IMG/VR virus record: IMGVR_UViG_3300008267_000272
Span: 1 to 45,441 of that record
Length of the DNA: 45,441 bases
From: a virus
Taxonomy: Duplodnaviria > Caudoviricetes
Strand: one strand, 5' to 3'
Of the stretch, positions 9,662 through 19,807 are shown in pieces; position 1 is the first letter of the stretch; the number at the start of each line of letters is the position of its first letter. Below the pieces are notes generated by a model that searched no databases, had not been told where the DNA came from, and worked only from the letters and a program-made list of their open reading frames with translations. The position numbers were made by a program, and so were the translations under genes.

Positions 9662-11182
9662 TTACGGCTTAACTCTGACTGAGCCGGGAGGAGGTTCACT
9701 TGGAATTTCATCGGATCTGGTAATTCCAAAAGTTTGTTCCAGAATATCAACCCTAGCTTGAGCCTTTCTCCTTTTCTCTGGATCAGGATCATTCTTGGCA
9801 GTGTTCTTATCTGGCAAGTATGTTGGATGATCAGCCGCAATTTTTAACCTCTTAATATCATTTGCTTCAGATGCACTTTGACCCTTACCAGCATACTTGT
9901 CAATATTGTATTGTTGAAATGCCTCAACTTCAGTTTTATCTTTGTTCTTAGGATCTGCCTTAAACATTCTGTAGTAATCGTCAAAGTCTTTCTTATTGTT
10001 AGTAGGCGCGTCTTGACGGAACCTCTCCAGAGCCATAGCAGAACCAGCCCTGATGCCTTCAAGTCGAACATCATGTTTGGCACGGATCTCAGCCAATTCT
10101 TTATCATTGGCAAGTCTACCTTTTGCAAGCTCAAGTTCATTGGCAAACCGAGCCTTCTCTCTCTCAAGCTCATTGCCAGCCCTCATTGCTTCTACAGCAA
10201 AGGTTCTGCCGGTAGTTCCTGCCTCTGTTCTTTGCTTCTCTAAAGATGCAATTCCTGTAGAGGCTAATCCAGAAGCCTCCGCTCTGCGCTTCTCTTCTAT
10301 GTCTGAAGTTAGTTTGTTTTCTTTTTCTAACTGCGCCAAGTCAGCCGTTCTCTCTGCGCTCTTTTGACCCAAATAAGCGGGGCCAGCACCACCCAAACTG
10401 CCTTGACGTATACCGCCAAGGACAGCCATCAAGCCTTCAATTCCTCTGTCGCCGGTGGCTTGTTTGTACATTTCACGCTGTCTGTCAACGCCTTGTTCAG
10501 CTTTTACCCCAGCAAGACCTTTGATGCCAGCAATCTCACGCATCTTCCTTTGATTTTCCATGATTGTTTCTGGAGACTGTACGTTTACAGATTCTCTAGC
10601 CGCCGCCATGAAAGCAGGATCTAGTTGGTTTGGAGGTGTAGGCTGTGCAACATTTCCGGGGGTGCTTTGTTGACCTTTAGCCGCCGCCAAGATCTCAGCC
10701 ATAACTCTGCGTTTTCTTTCTTCTGGTGTTTCCTCTGCGGCAGGAACATCGCTTCCTTCCGTGCCAGCAAAGGCAATAATTCCACCGCTTCCGTACTGGA
10801 AGAACTCAGAGCCAATAGGTAACTGAGCCATACCGCCGTCAGCAAACGTTTCTTGTGGTTGCTGTTCTGGCTGTGGAACTCCGGCAGGAACTGGCATAGG
10901 TTGTGACCTAGCCTGTTGCATCATCTGTTGTTGTGCTTGTTGCTGTTGTTGTGCTTGAAGAGCCATCAGTCCAGCCTTCTGCTCAATCTGATCTTTAACA
11001 GATGGCTGTGGGCCTTGTGCCGATTTCTGTTGCATCGCTGATCGCTCTTGCATCTTATTTTGACGCTCAATCTCCCCAAGAGCAATATAAGGGGGAACTT
11101 CTGGGTTAGCGCCATTAGCGTACTGCTTTAACAGCTCTAATGGATAACCCTTAATGTCGTTAGCGATCTGTACGATATTCAT
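9662..11182 (-). CDS. putative internal virion/ejection protein (Q-rich, coiled coil)
   Basis: 506-aa helical protein adjacent to the polyvalent protein. Carries FADGG and YGSGG motifs. Confidence 0.55.
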   Translation of the reverse strand: MNIVQIANDIKGYPLELLKQYANGANPEVPPYIALGEIERQNKMQERSAMQQKSAQGPQPSVKDQIEQKAGLMALQAQQQQQAQQQMMQQARSQPMPVPAGVPQPEQQPQETFADGGMAQLPIGSEFFQYGSGGIIAFAGTEGSDVPAAEETPEERKRRVMAEILAAAKGQQSTPGNVAQPTPPNQLDPAFMAAARESVNVQSPETIMENQRKMREIAGIKGLAGVKAEQGVDRQREMYKQATGDRGIEGLMAVLGGIRQGSLGGAGPAYLGQKSAERTADLAQLEKENKLTSDIEEKRRAEASGLASTGIASLEKQRTEAGTTGRTFAVEAMRAGNELEREKARFANELELAKGRLANDKELAEIRAKHDVRLEGIRAGSAMALERFRQDAPTNNKKDFDDYYRMFKADPKNKDKTEVEAFQQYNIDKYAGKGQSASEANDIKRLKIAADHPTYLPDKNTAKNDPDPEKRRKAQARVDILEQTFGITRSDEIPSEPPPGSVRVKP

Positions 11183-11193
11183 GTTTTACCCCG

Positions 11194-12972
11194 TTATGCT
11201 GGTTTGGTTTGACCCAAATTAGCCAATGATTGATATAGCGCCATCAAGCCTTGCACCTGACCAGCAAGCTGACTAAGTTGCGTCTGGTTGGTTGTACTGG
11301 CAGTAGTTGTAACTGGTAGACCTTGGAGCAAATCTTTTTGGTATTGAACCATCTTATAGGGAAAGTCCCTTTGCTCTTCAAACTGGGTTTTGTCTGCGGT
11401 AATGCCTTGTTGCTCAATGTCACGCTGAGTAGCACCGGCAGTTCCAAGGGCTTGTTGAACTTGTAGTTCGCGGTTTTTGTCGGCATTGAACTGACCTGTG
11501 GCCTTATCAAAAGCCGTGGCATAACCAGATCCAATTGCTTTGTTCTGTTCAGACAACAAGGCGCGTTGAGTTTCTGTATCCATCAAAGCCTGACGAGATC
11601 CGCCAAATGCCCCTGCTTGGGTAGCTTTGTTAGCGTTACCAAGTTGGGTGATCTGTGATTGACGGCGTAGTTCTTCTAACTGAGGATTGAGCGCCGCAGA
11701 AATATATGGGTTCATATAATTCTGTGCTTGGGTAGCATTGAACGTACTGTTGTCAGCCAAGTTAGACAGGCCGCTAAACTGTTTGGTTTGAAGTTCAGAT
11801 GCACCCGCAGTCAGTGGCCCCGTATAAGACTGATAAGGGGCGTTAGATAGTGCCGCGCCTTTGGACAAATAGTCAGAAACATATGGCCCCGCCCATGAGG
11901 ACAGAGAGCCTTCCGAAGAAGTGCCAAGGCTAGGGATGGCCGTAGATCCTGCGCTTGTTCCTGTTGTACCTACAGATCCCGTTGTGCCGCCCTCAACAAA
12001 TTTAGCAATACCACCAGAGGCATAACCAACTTGACCGCCGGGCATGAACTTGTCTGGGTTAATGCGCTTACCTTGCTGGGTTGTACCAGTCCGAGCCTTG
12101 CGGATACGAGCCATCATGTCGTAGAGTTTGTTTGCGCCAGCATCAGAATTACCATTGCCAAGGTGAGAAACCACATCAGCAGGGATTACAAACTCGCCAT
12201 GACTCAAAGCGGCTTTTTGTTTTCCATCTATGGAGGAAGGGATCTTGTCAGCCATTCCGTCTGTTGCACCTTGTAAGTAACGAGCCGTTCCACCCCTAGC
12301 CATGCCCTGCGCCTGTGGCACAGGCATCAAAGAGGACACCCCAGATGGTGGTAACGTTTCCATTGCTTGAGCTGGAGCAGTAACGGCAGGTGCCGGAGTA
12401 GGTGTATACCCTGATAATATGCCACTTGCTTGTTCGCCAACAGCAGTTCTGGCGGCGGCAACGTTTGCAGGATTGGCAAAGGCGGTATCTGTAAAGTACT
12501 GTCTACCCATGCTTCCGGGTCTGCGGTTTGGATCTTCATAGTTAACCCGCCCACGGACAGCTTGTAAGTCCATGGGGATAGTACCCTTATAGCCGGGGGT
12601 TTGCACCTTATCCGCACCAGTTACGGCCTTAATTCCAGCGGCGGCAGTAGCTAAAGCCGCCCAGTTGGTATTGCCTTTAGCGTCTGTAAAAGCACCTTTG
12701 AGTTGGCTATAAATCTTGTCAGTTATAGAAGAACCAGTAGGGGCTACGGGCTGTCCACGCAAAGAAGCAAACGTATCCTTTGTAATACCAGACTTGTCAG
12801 CATTGGTCATGGCATCGTATTGCGAACCCGTCAGAGAGTAATAATCATTAGTCTCTGGGTTTACGCCATACTTTGTGCCATCTGCCATCGTGTAAATAAT
12901 GTCACCAGCAATAGTCTCGGTCTTAACCGCTTGGTCTGCAATATATTGCACACCAGTTATTTCATAGCTCAT
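11194..12972 (-). CDS. putative internal virion/ejection protein with a 'DGxxDxIP...LSxGEFVIPADVVS' domain
   Basis: MARGG-...-LSHGEFVIPADVVSHLGNG, followed by YMNPY...AGAFGGSRQ typical of podovirus-like DNA-transfer proteins. Confidence 0.6.
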   Translation of the reverse strand: MSYEITGVQYIADQAVKTETIAGDIIYTMADGTKYGVNPETNDYYSLTGSQYDAMTNADKSGITKDTFASLRGQPVAPTGSSITDKIYSQLKGAFTDAKGNTNWAALATAAAGIKAVTGADKVQTPGYKGTIPMDLQAVRGRVNYEDPNRRPGSMGRQYFTDTAFANPANVAAARTAVGEQASGILSGYTPTPAPAVTAPAQAMETLPPSGVSSLMPVPQAQGMARGGTARYLQGATDGMADKIPSSIDGKQKAALSHGEFVIPADVVSHLGNGNSDAGANKLYDMMARIRKARTGTTQQGKRINPDKFMPGGQVGYASGGIAKFVEGGTTGSVGTTGTSAGSTAIPSLGTSSEGSLSSWAGPYVSDYLSKGAALSNAPYQSYTGPLTAGASELQTKQFSGLSNLADNSTFNATQAQNYMNPYISAALNPQLEELRRQSQITQLGNANKATQAGAFGGSRQALMDTETQRALLSEQNKAIGSGYATAFDKATGQFNADKNRELQVQQALGTAGATQRDIEQQGITADKTQFEEQRDFPYKMVQYQKDLLQGLPVTTTASTTNQTQLSQLAGQVQGLMALYQSLANLGQTKPA

Positions 12973-12974
12973 AT

Positions 12975-15461
12975 TTAACCTCTTCTGCGTAGAAGCCCCG
13001 GTAGGCCACGAATTGACCCTCCCGAAGCGATTTTAACCGTGCCGTCTTGTGTTTGTGTTGACTTTTTGTCTTGCTGTTCTTTAACCAATTTACTAAAGTA
13101 ATCAGTCTCCAAAGGCGCACCTAACTCAATAGGATTTGTAAACTCTGGAGATATACCAGAACCTACAACTTGGGGTTGTTGTATTTGCTGGTTGCCTTCT
13201 GATGCCAAAGCTTGTATCTGTGGAACTAGATTAGCTATCCCCATTTGGAGCTGTGCTTTGGTATTGTCAATTTGTTGTTGCGGTGTTTGTGTTGTATTGG
13301 TTGCCGCCGGCCTATTAATCATTGAACCTGTCGGCCCCCAAACAGTACCGACTTTACCCGTGTATGGCTTTGGAGTTGCTGGTTTTTGCCCAACAAAATT
13401 ACCATATTGATCAAACTTATTGCCAGATGGATCAGACCATACACCCTTGCTGTAACTCCATCCAGTCATGTTTTGAACGTCACCAGACTGGCTTAAATTC
13501 TCCCAAGGCTGGGCTTCCTGCTCTGTCAGAGTAGCGTTATATCCAATTGGCTTACCCTCTATGTCTAGCATTTTCCCATCTGGACTAACCCAGTAACCTT
13601 CTTTGGTTAACTGCCAATCCCCCATTCCCTGACCAGATGTTCCAAGGAATTGCCAAGGCTGAACTTCTTCCGTAGGGTCAAAACTAGCACCCTGCGACAT
13701 AGCTGTAATTAACCCAAGGTCTGTTTTGTCTACCTTGTTGTCTTGGTTAATGTCATAGGCAAGATCTACTGGGCGCTTACCAGCCACAATGTCTTTGATT
13801 CTTGTAATGTCAGACTCGGCTACATCCCTACCAGCAGTACCTGTGTAAGTCAGCCGTCCGTTAGCCCCCTCAATAGGCGTAGCACCCTTGAAAATATCCG
13901 TTACATCAGGAGCCATTGCAGAGGAATAGACCTGTTTACCGCCTTGGTAAATAGTCCCGTCCTGCCTGAGTTCCATTCCGTTATCAAAGTACAGAACACC
14001 AGCTTCCCCGTCTGGCTTGGAAATAGGCGCAATAGTTCCGTTCTTGATAGCGTCAAGAGTTATGTTTTGCGTAGTGGTTTCAGATACTTGCGTTGCGTAT
14101 CTAAGATCTGCGGCAGTGGCGGCATCAACTGCGGCTCTTTGTGCGTCAATAGTTTTCTGTAGCGCCTCAGAAGACTGGTAAAGTTTCCAAGCGGTAGAAC
14201 CTTCTTTGTTTGCATCCGTTGGCGCACCAAGGTTGTAATCATTCAAGATATCAACCTTACCCTTTAGCGTCCCAGCAGTAGCGGCAAGAGAGTTATTTTG
14301 TGTGTTGTACTTATCAATAACTGACTTGTTTTCTGTTTGTATTTTGTTGGCCTCAACAGCGGCATCATTTGCTATCTTTGCTTGCTTTTCAGCTTCTGCC
14401 CCAGCCGCATTCCTTGCATCAATACTTTGCCCTGTATTGTTATAGATAGCCATTTGCTTGTCATATTCAGTCTTGGCAGTATTAAATGCATCTGTATAGG
14501 GAGTAATCTTGTCAACGACTGGTTGCATTTCCTTGCTGTAGTTATCAAGATATGCTGTACGAGTAACATTAAATTCATCCACTTGTTTTTGAACTTCTTC
14601 TTTTTGTTTTGTCCAATCTTGGTAATGCGCGTCATATTCGTCTGCCTTTACTTTGGCAGAAGAAGTTAGATCTTGCACACTCTTATAGGCATCCTTGGCT
14701 TCTTTCGCAACCTTTGTTGCGCCCGTGTCTATTAGCGTATTTGCTATGTAGTTACCTATTACTGTAGAAGGATCTTTACCAGAAATTGCGGCGCTTATAC
14801 CAGTAGAAACGGTTGCATTTATGGTCTTCATCTGCTTGTCAGATAAGCCCCAATCCTTTTGTAAACCTAGTTCACTACTCAATGAGGTGACACCAGACGA
14901 TACAGAACCAGATGCAAAGCCATCTGCTATTGCTTGGTTAACGTCCTTACCCGTCAAACTAGCCCGAATGCCAGCAACAATAGATGTGTTTAATCCACTA
15001 GCTACGGCAGTTCCTATTGCTGGAGTAGTGGCTGAACCAATCTTTTCACCAATGCTTCGCGTAATATCCTTTGTTGTCATTGGCTTTTGTACTACTTCAC
15101 CAGTTTCTGGATCTATGGTATCGGTGCTTCCAATTTCCGCATATTCCAGCCCTTTGGTTACCGCCCATGAAATAGCGGCAGACTTCATCATGTCTTCTAC
15201 ATTACCGCCCCTTGATGCGGTAATAGCGGCGGAAGTAACAAACGGCGGTATACCCACAGACATACCTGCATATATGGCAATCGTTGGGAGAGGATCCCGA
15301 ATAATGTTATCTACTGTTTTGTTAATTGTCTGAAGAACAGTGGTAACAGCGCCGCTTACGCCGTTTAGTGTTTTTTGAACAACGTTACTAAGTGTGCTAC
15401 CAGCATCATCTAACGTTTTACCCGGATTTTTAACTATGTTTGCTACCCAATTCCACCCCAT
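12975..15461 (-). CDS. putative internal virion protein (hydrophobic N-terminus, coiled coil, dockerin/EF-hand-like loop)
   Basis: ORF track 12975..15491; ATG 15461 (MGWNW) preferred because it lies just after the upstream stop. Contains DINQDNKVDKTD. Confidence 0.55.
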   Translation of the reverse strand: MGWNWVANIVKNPGKTLDDAGSTLSNVVQKTLNGVSGAVTTVLQTINKTVDNIIRDPLPTIAIYAGMSVGIPPFVTSAAITASRGGNVEDMMKSAAISWAVTKGLEYAEIGSTDTIDPETGEVVQKPMTTKDITRSIGEKIGSATTPAIGTAVASGLNTSIVAGIRASLTGKDVNQAIADGFASGSVSSGVTSLSSELGLQKDWGLSDKQMKTINATVSTGISAAISGKDPSTVIGNYIANTLIDTGATKVAKEAKDAYKSVQDLTSSAKVKADEYDAHYQDWTKQKEEVQKQVDEFNVTRTAYLDNYSKEMQPVVDKITPYTDAFNTAKTEYDKQMAIYNNTGQSIDARNAAGAEAEKQAKIANDAAVEANKIQTENKSVIDKYNTQNNSLAATAGTLKGKVDILNDYNLGAPTDANKEGSTAWKLYQSSEALQKTIDAQRAAVDAATAADLRYATQVSETTTQNITLDAIKNGTIAPISKPDGEAGVLYFDNGMELRQDGTIYQGGKQVYSSAMAPDVTDIFKGATPIEGANGRLTYTGTAGRDVAESDITRIKDIVAGKRPVDLAYDINQDNKVDKTDLGLITAMSQGASFDPTEEVQPWQFLGTSGQGMGDWQLTKEGYWVSPDGKMLDIEGKPIGYNATLTEQEAQPWENLSQSGDVQNMTGWSYSKGVWSDPSGNKFDQYGNFVGQKPATPKPYTGKVGTVWGPTGSMINRPAATNTTQTPQQQIDNTKAQLQMGIANLVPQIQALASEGNQQIQQPQVVGSGISPEFTNPIELGAPLETDYFSKLVKEQQDKKSTQTQDGTVKIASGGSIRGLPGLLRRRG

Positions 15462-15462
15462 A

Positions 15463-15933
15463 TCAAGACCTTTGCTTTCCAAGAACAACAATAATCATGT
15501 CGCTCCTTGAAGAAAACTCTTTGCCTTCGTTTTGATACTTGTCAAAAGCTTGTTTGAAAGCGGAAGAAGTATTTGCATCTACTGGATACATCAAAATATC
15601 TGCCCCTATTTTGTAGGCAGACTCAAAGAATGTTGCTATGTTGCTAGGAAGATTGTTTAACGTATCCCCATTAAACATTCTTAGAACGCCAACCCTATCC
15701 TTAACTGGATGGATAACAAACAATGTATTGTTCTCTTGAATTCTAATTAATGATGGGTTCTGTATTTCCTGTACATAAGCTGTGTATAACAATCTTGCAG
15801 GAGATATTCCCTCACTCTTCTTAGACTGAGCTTTCATCTCATTGGCCGGCACTTTGTTTTGATGTGCGGCAACAACAAGAATATCTCCGGGCTGGAGTTT
15901 CTTTTTCTTGCTATCGACTAGTGTGACGTTCAT
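15463..15933 (-). CDS. hypothetical protein
   Basis: ATG 15933 overlaps the upstream TGA (ATGA). Confidence 0.6.
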   Translation of the reverse strand: MNVTLVDSKKKKLQPGDILVVAAHQNKVPANEMKAQSKKSEGISPARLLYTAYVQEIQNPSLIRIQENNTLFVIHPVKDRVGVLRMFNGDTLNNLPSNIATFFESAYKIGADILMYPVDANTSSAFKQAFDKYQNEGKEFSSRSDMIIVVLGKQRS

Positions 15934-16280
15934 CCGACTTTCCAATTTGTACCGTCTGAATAAACGGGGGTTTTAACCGAGCCACCCGTGGCAACAGTTG
16001 ATCCAAATACAGGAGCTAGGGCATCAGACACAAACGCTCTAGCCCCAATTCCAGATGTAGCGGCGCTTGGTAACGTTACCACCGTGTAAACGGTAAGAGC
16101 AGGAATTATCCCGCTGTCTGTATTTAGTTGGTCTAATATGCCCTGTATACGATTAAAGTACAAACGCAAAACATTATTAAACTGGTTTTGATATGCGTCA
16201 GAATAACCTTGTGTAGGCGATGGAAGCGCTGGAGCGGCAATCCTATTGAGATTAGACTCAGAGGTAACAATGAATGTCAT
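15930..16280 (-). CDS. small tail-associated protein
   Basis: APALPSP..Y..QNQFNNVLRLYFN N-terminus, and a C-terminal LPSA...GARAFVSDA...PVYSDGTNWKVG tail-fibre-like motif. Confidence 0.6.
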   Translation of the reverse strand: MTFIVTSESNLNRIAAPALPSPTQGYSDAYQNQFNNVLRLYFNRIQGILDQLNTDSGIIPALTVYTVVTLPSAATSGIGARAFVSDALAPVFGSTVATGGSVKTPVYSDGTNWKVG

Positions 16281-18382
16281 CGTCTGCCATCCTGTCTAAT
16301 ATCTAGACGAGGAGATCCTAGTTGCCAAGTAACTCCTGCGGCAGTAGACCTTACTTCCATAGCAATTTGACGGCCTCTTACCCTTGTATAAATCTGACCC
16401 GTAAACTCTTCAATTGGAAGAATTGCCGTACGTGTGATCGTGGCAGAAGCATCGCCACCTATGGACGCTGGGCTGTTATATCCAGAGCCTGAGTTTTGCA
16501 TAGGCTTTAAGTACATCGTTACTTGCGGGCTTGTTGCTGTAGATCCACGGAACGTAATATCTGGTACTACACGCCATATAAACCCAAATCTATCGCCGTC
16601 ATCAATGTCAAATTCAGCAGAAGTGATGTAAGCCTCAATAGGAGTTGTGGTCGCCGTAGCCTTATCATCTACACCAATTTCATGGTCAACAAGGTTGTAG
16701 TTGTAAGTGGCGGCTAGTGGATAATCTCTTAGACCAGAGTCAAGCCATGCGGTTCTAGCCATAGACCCGTAGTACCAGACACCAGTACCGCCTTTTCCAT
16801 CAGTCTCAAGGTAGTTGTAAACAACATAGCTGTCAACGCTGTTATCAACTGAATCATTTGAGCAATAAAACCACCAGATCTCATTAAAGCCTTCGTTTGT
16901 TCCAGATATAACTTGATCAAACTGAGATTTGTTAATGTTTTCAAATACAAACTGGCGCAAGTCACAAGAAAGGGTTTGTGTACGTCCATCGTATTTATAA
17001 AACTTATCCACACCCATCCAGTAGGCTACGCCGTTAGCGTATGAAACAGCGTTCTGACCAGCTATGGATATGTTGTCTCCCACCAGTTGAGAACCCCACA
17101 CAATAGGAGCGCCTACATATTGAAAAGAATAAAGTGATGAATCAGTCCATACCAATATCTCTTGGCGGGCTTGCATGGCCGTGATAATTTCAGACCCGTG
17201 AGATAAACGTATATCACCCGCCGTATTGGTGGCTGATGGAGTCCATTCAAGCGCAGACTCTTGGTTTGACCAGCGAATCTGCATTGGATCTTGGGTTGTT
17301 GAGCCAAGAGCATTACAGCCAAAAGCAAAAACATATCTACTTGTGTCTGAGACAAGAATAAAGTTTTGAATGATTGGGCAGTTAGAAGCGGAAGCAAAGG
17401 CCGTAATATCTATGCCATTTGGGGATATTGATTGAACCCCAGACTGACTTCCTGTCGTTGTTATCAAAGCTCCTGCTGGAGTTGTTGATAGATTGAAAGT
17501 CGTAAGTGACACATATCTTGTGTAGTAAGTTGTTCCAACCAATAATCCAGTAGGTAACGCGCCAGTTGTTTGAAACACAATTGCACTTAGGTCTGGCAAA
17601 ATTATGGTTGAGCTTACAACGCAAGGGCCTGCAATTGTCATAGTCACGATAGACGGCTGATACCCAATATTGGCATCCCAGTAATACAGCGGGCCGCCTT
17701 TTGGGCCATAGATTAAATCTTCACCAAAATTGCTTTGACTCCATAGACGCATGGCATCATTTGATGTGGTGCCTACACCCCATGTTCCACTACCCCAAGG
17801 GCCAGCGCCCCATCCAACCAAGGGGACAGCGTATGCTGGGCCAACATTTACTTGATATACAGCATAGACAGTGCCACCGCCTGTTGCGGTAGAAGAGGCT
17901 TGAGATGCGGCTGTGATTGTGTAAGTGGTAGCGCTTGCGTAAGTTAATTGGTACTCACCGGAAATGGTAATACCGCCAACAGCAGTAGCGCCCGTAAATG
18001 TTACAAAATCGCCGTTAATGTATCCACCAGTAGCGTCCGTTACAGTAACTGTAGTAGAGCCACTTTGTGTGGAAAATGGATTGGTTAACGTATGGACTGG
18101 TTGAGTTGGAGTTATATCGTAATAAGCACCGCCAGCACTAATATAAAACTTTAAGTTAGTGCCTACTCCAATTAGCTTTTGAGCGCCCAGAGTTACCCAT
18201 GTCCATAAAGAACGGCAAATTCCAAAAAATGTATTGCCAGAAATGCGTTGCCACCCACCAATTTTCTCAGGTGTGCCTTGGCGAAAGCGAATCTTGTCGC
18301 AGTCATACCAGCCGTTTTCACTGGTATATCTAGTGTTCTCCTTATTTACGCCGGGTCGGAGTAATAATTTTTTTAATGGCAT
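16277..18382 (-). CDS. tail tubular/nozzle (head-stabilisation-type) protein
   Basis: PGVNKE.T.Y..E.GW.DCDKIRFR.G.PEKIGGW N-terminus, IRWSNQE, EIWWFY, and C-terminal R.DIRQDGRR. Confidence 0.7.
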   Translation of the reverse strand: MPLKKLLLRPGVNKENTRYTSENGWYDCDKIRFRQGTPEKIGGWQRISGNTFFGICRSLWTWVTLGAQKLIGVGTNLKFYISAGGAYYDITPTQPVHTLTNPFSTQSGSTTVTVTDATGGYINGDFVTFTGATAVGGITISGEYQLTYASATTYTITAASQASSTATGGGTVYAVYQVNVGPAYAVPLVGWGAGPWGSGTWGVGTTSNDAMRLWSQSNFGEDLIYGPKGGPLYYWDANIGYQPSIVTMTIAGPCVVSSTIILPDLSAIVFQTTGALPTGLLVGTTYYTRYVSLTTFNLSTTPAGALITTTGSQSGVQSISPNGIDITAFASASNCPIIQNFILVSDTSRYVFAFGCNALGSTTQDPMQIRWSNQESALEWTPSATNTAGDIRLSHGSEIITAMQARQEILVWTDSSLYSFQYVGAPIVWGSQLVGDNISIAGQNAVSYANGVAYWMGVDKFYKYDGRTQTLSCDLRQFVFENINKSQFDQVISGTNEGFNEIWWFYCSNDSVDNSVDSYVVYNYLETDGKGGTGVWYYGSMARTAWLDSGLRDYPLAATYNYNLVDHEIGVDDKATATTTPIEAYITSAEFDIDDGDRFGFIWRVVPDITFRGSTATSPQVTMYLKPMQNSGSGYNSPASIGGDASATITRTAILPIEEFTGQIYTRVRGRQIAMEVRSTAAGVTWQLGSPRLDIRQDGRR

Positions 18383-18385
18383 CTT

Positions 18386-18862
18386 TTATCCTAAGAACAG
18401 GGCGCGTTCATCTTTTCTACGATTCTCTAGCCCTTTAAGTATTTTGCCACCCGCCTTGCAATACTTCAAGAGTTCTTCTGCCGCCCCCTCCATATCCCCG
18501 CGAAGAACCTTCTGACGGAGGGTTGAGCGCTGTAGTGTTCCCAAACCAACATTAAAGCTAAAAGAGATAAGAGCATCGTACTGACCCTGAGTGAGGGGAA
18601 CAGGACAGAACTGAACCACACCTCGCTCAAACCTAGCCAAATCTGCTTTAAGAATTCCATTGACTTCTTCCATACTAAACGTGCGGTTGTCTGCGTCTTT
18701 GAGGCCAAACCCATCACGCTCTTCTATCTTCATCTTGCCTTGCTCTGGGTATAAAACATGCCCCACCCCCACCGTCCACAGCTTGGCTGGGCAACGATAA
18801 GGCTTCTGACGCACTCCTTCATGGTGCGTGATCATCTTCAGAGCTTTGTCTGACAGGTTCAT
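18386..18862 (-). CDS. endolysin, glycoside hydrolase family 24 (phage lysozyme)
   Basis: HEGVRQKPYRCPAKLWTVGVGH (E-x8-C-x5-T), QYDALISFSFNVG, GL.NRR.DE..LF. Confidence 0.92.
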   Translation of the reverse strand: MNLSDKALKMITHHEGVRQKPYRCPAKLWTVGVGHVLYPEQGKMKIEERDGFGLKDADNRTFSMEEVNGILKADLARFERGVVQFCPVPLTQGQYDALISFSFNVGLGTLQRSTLRQKVLRGDMEGAAEELLKYCKAGGKILKGLENRRKDERALFLG

Positions 18863-19365
18863 TTCTTGCCAAAGGCTTGTGTGCCAAACCAGAACGACAC
18901 CACAGATGCCCAGATAATTTGTGTCTCGTTATCCCACAGCAGGTCTAACGCAACTTCAAATGGCACTTCCTTGTAGAAAGCAAACCAGAAACCAAATATT
19001 TCTACAAAGGCAAACAAGATGAACAGGCCATAAGTTATGGCAGGGCGCACCATAGCGCGGGCATTTACTACCCACTGGCTGGCTCCTTGACCAATAGCAA
19101 TGTCGTGGGCATACAGGGCTTGACGCTCTTGCATGGCAGTCTGTGCGTTGGTTACTTCAGCGTTAATCTGTATCTGCTCTGTCTGGATATGCTCAATCTT
19201 TTCTTGCGCTTCTAAGCCAGCCTTCTTCAAGGTCAACTCACGCTCAGTCTGCATCTGTGCCAAGGCTAGTTCATGCGACTTATCTGCACGGTCTTGGAAG
19301 AAGTCCATCAATTTGGGTAACCCGCCCATCAGGAAAGACAGTAGGGTTGAGAATAGTGTCATCAT
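18859..19365 (-). CDS. putative holin-like membrane protein
   Basis: Hydrophobic N-terminus, VRPAITY followed by TM helices, SFWFG C-terminus; adjacent to the lysozyme. Confidence 0.6.
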   Translation of the reverse strand: MMTLFSTLLSFLMGGLPKLMDFFQDRADKSHELALAQMQTERELTLKKAGLEAQEKIEHIQTEQIQINAEVTNAQTAMQERQALYAHDIAIGQGASQWVVNARAMVRPAITYGLFILFAFVEIFGFWFAFYKEVPFEVALDLLWDNETQIIWASVVSFWFGTQAFGKK

Positions 19366-19634
19366 TTTTTAACTCCCATTTTTTCACGTTCTTCAAGCAA
19401 CCTGACTTTGACTTGCAATTCGTTTATGTGGTTCATCAAATGCTCCTTCATCATGGCTCGTTTTTCCGCAGAGATTGGGCTGTCCGTTGGGACGCCCTCT
19501 TTGGTAATCAATGCAGGCATAGCGCCTTCGATTCGTGTTAAGCGTGTGGAGAAGTCGTTGACTTGACCCAAGAGCCATGCAAGGGAAGCCACAATAATGG
19601 GTATGACCGCTTTTAATACATCTGCCCAATTCAT
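19362..19634 (-). CDS. small membrane protein (N-terminal TM + coiled coil), lysis module
   Basis: 90 aa with ATGA overlaps at both ends. Confidence 0.6.
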   Translation of the reverse strand: MNWADVLKAVIPIIVASLAWLLGQVNDFSTRLTRIEGAMPALITKEGVPTDSPISAEKRAMMKEHLMNHINELQVKVRLLEEREKMGVKK

Positions 19635-19807
19635 TTTGATTCCTTTAATTCACGTTTTAATTTACGCAGTTCTTTTATCTCTTGTTTAAGTTGCGCTCGC
19701 ATGTATAGGGTTTCTACGTATGCCATCGAGGTAACTCCAACAATGATGCATACGGCCACTCCTATCAATATCCAGCAGATAAGTTTCGTAGTTGCCACAT
19801 CACCCAT
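19631..19807 (-). CDS. small membrane protein (58 aa, MGDVATTKLICWILIGVAVCIIVG...), not in the ORF track
   Basis: Fills the gap between neighbours. One TM helix plus a basic coiled coil; its TGA overlaps ATG 19634. Confidence 0.65.
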   Translation of the reverse strand: MGDVATTKLICWILIGVAVCIIVGVTSMAYVETLYMRAQLKQEIKELRKLKRELKESK

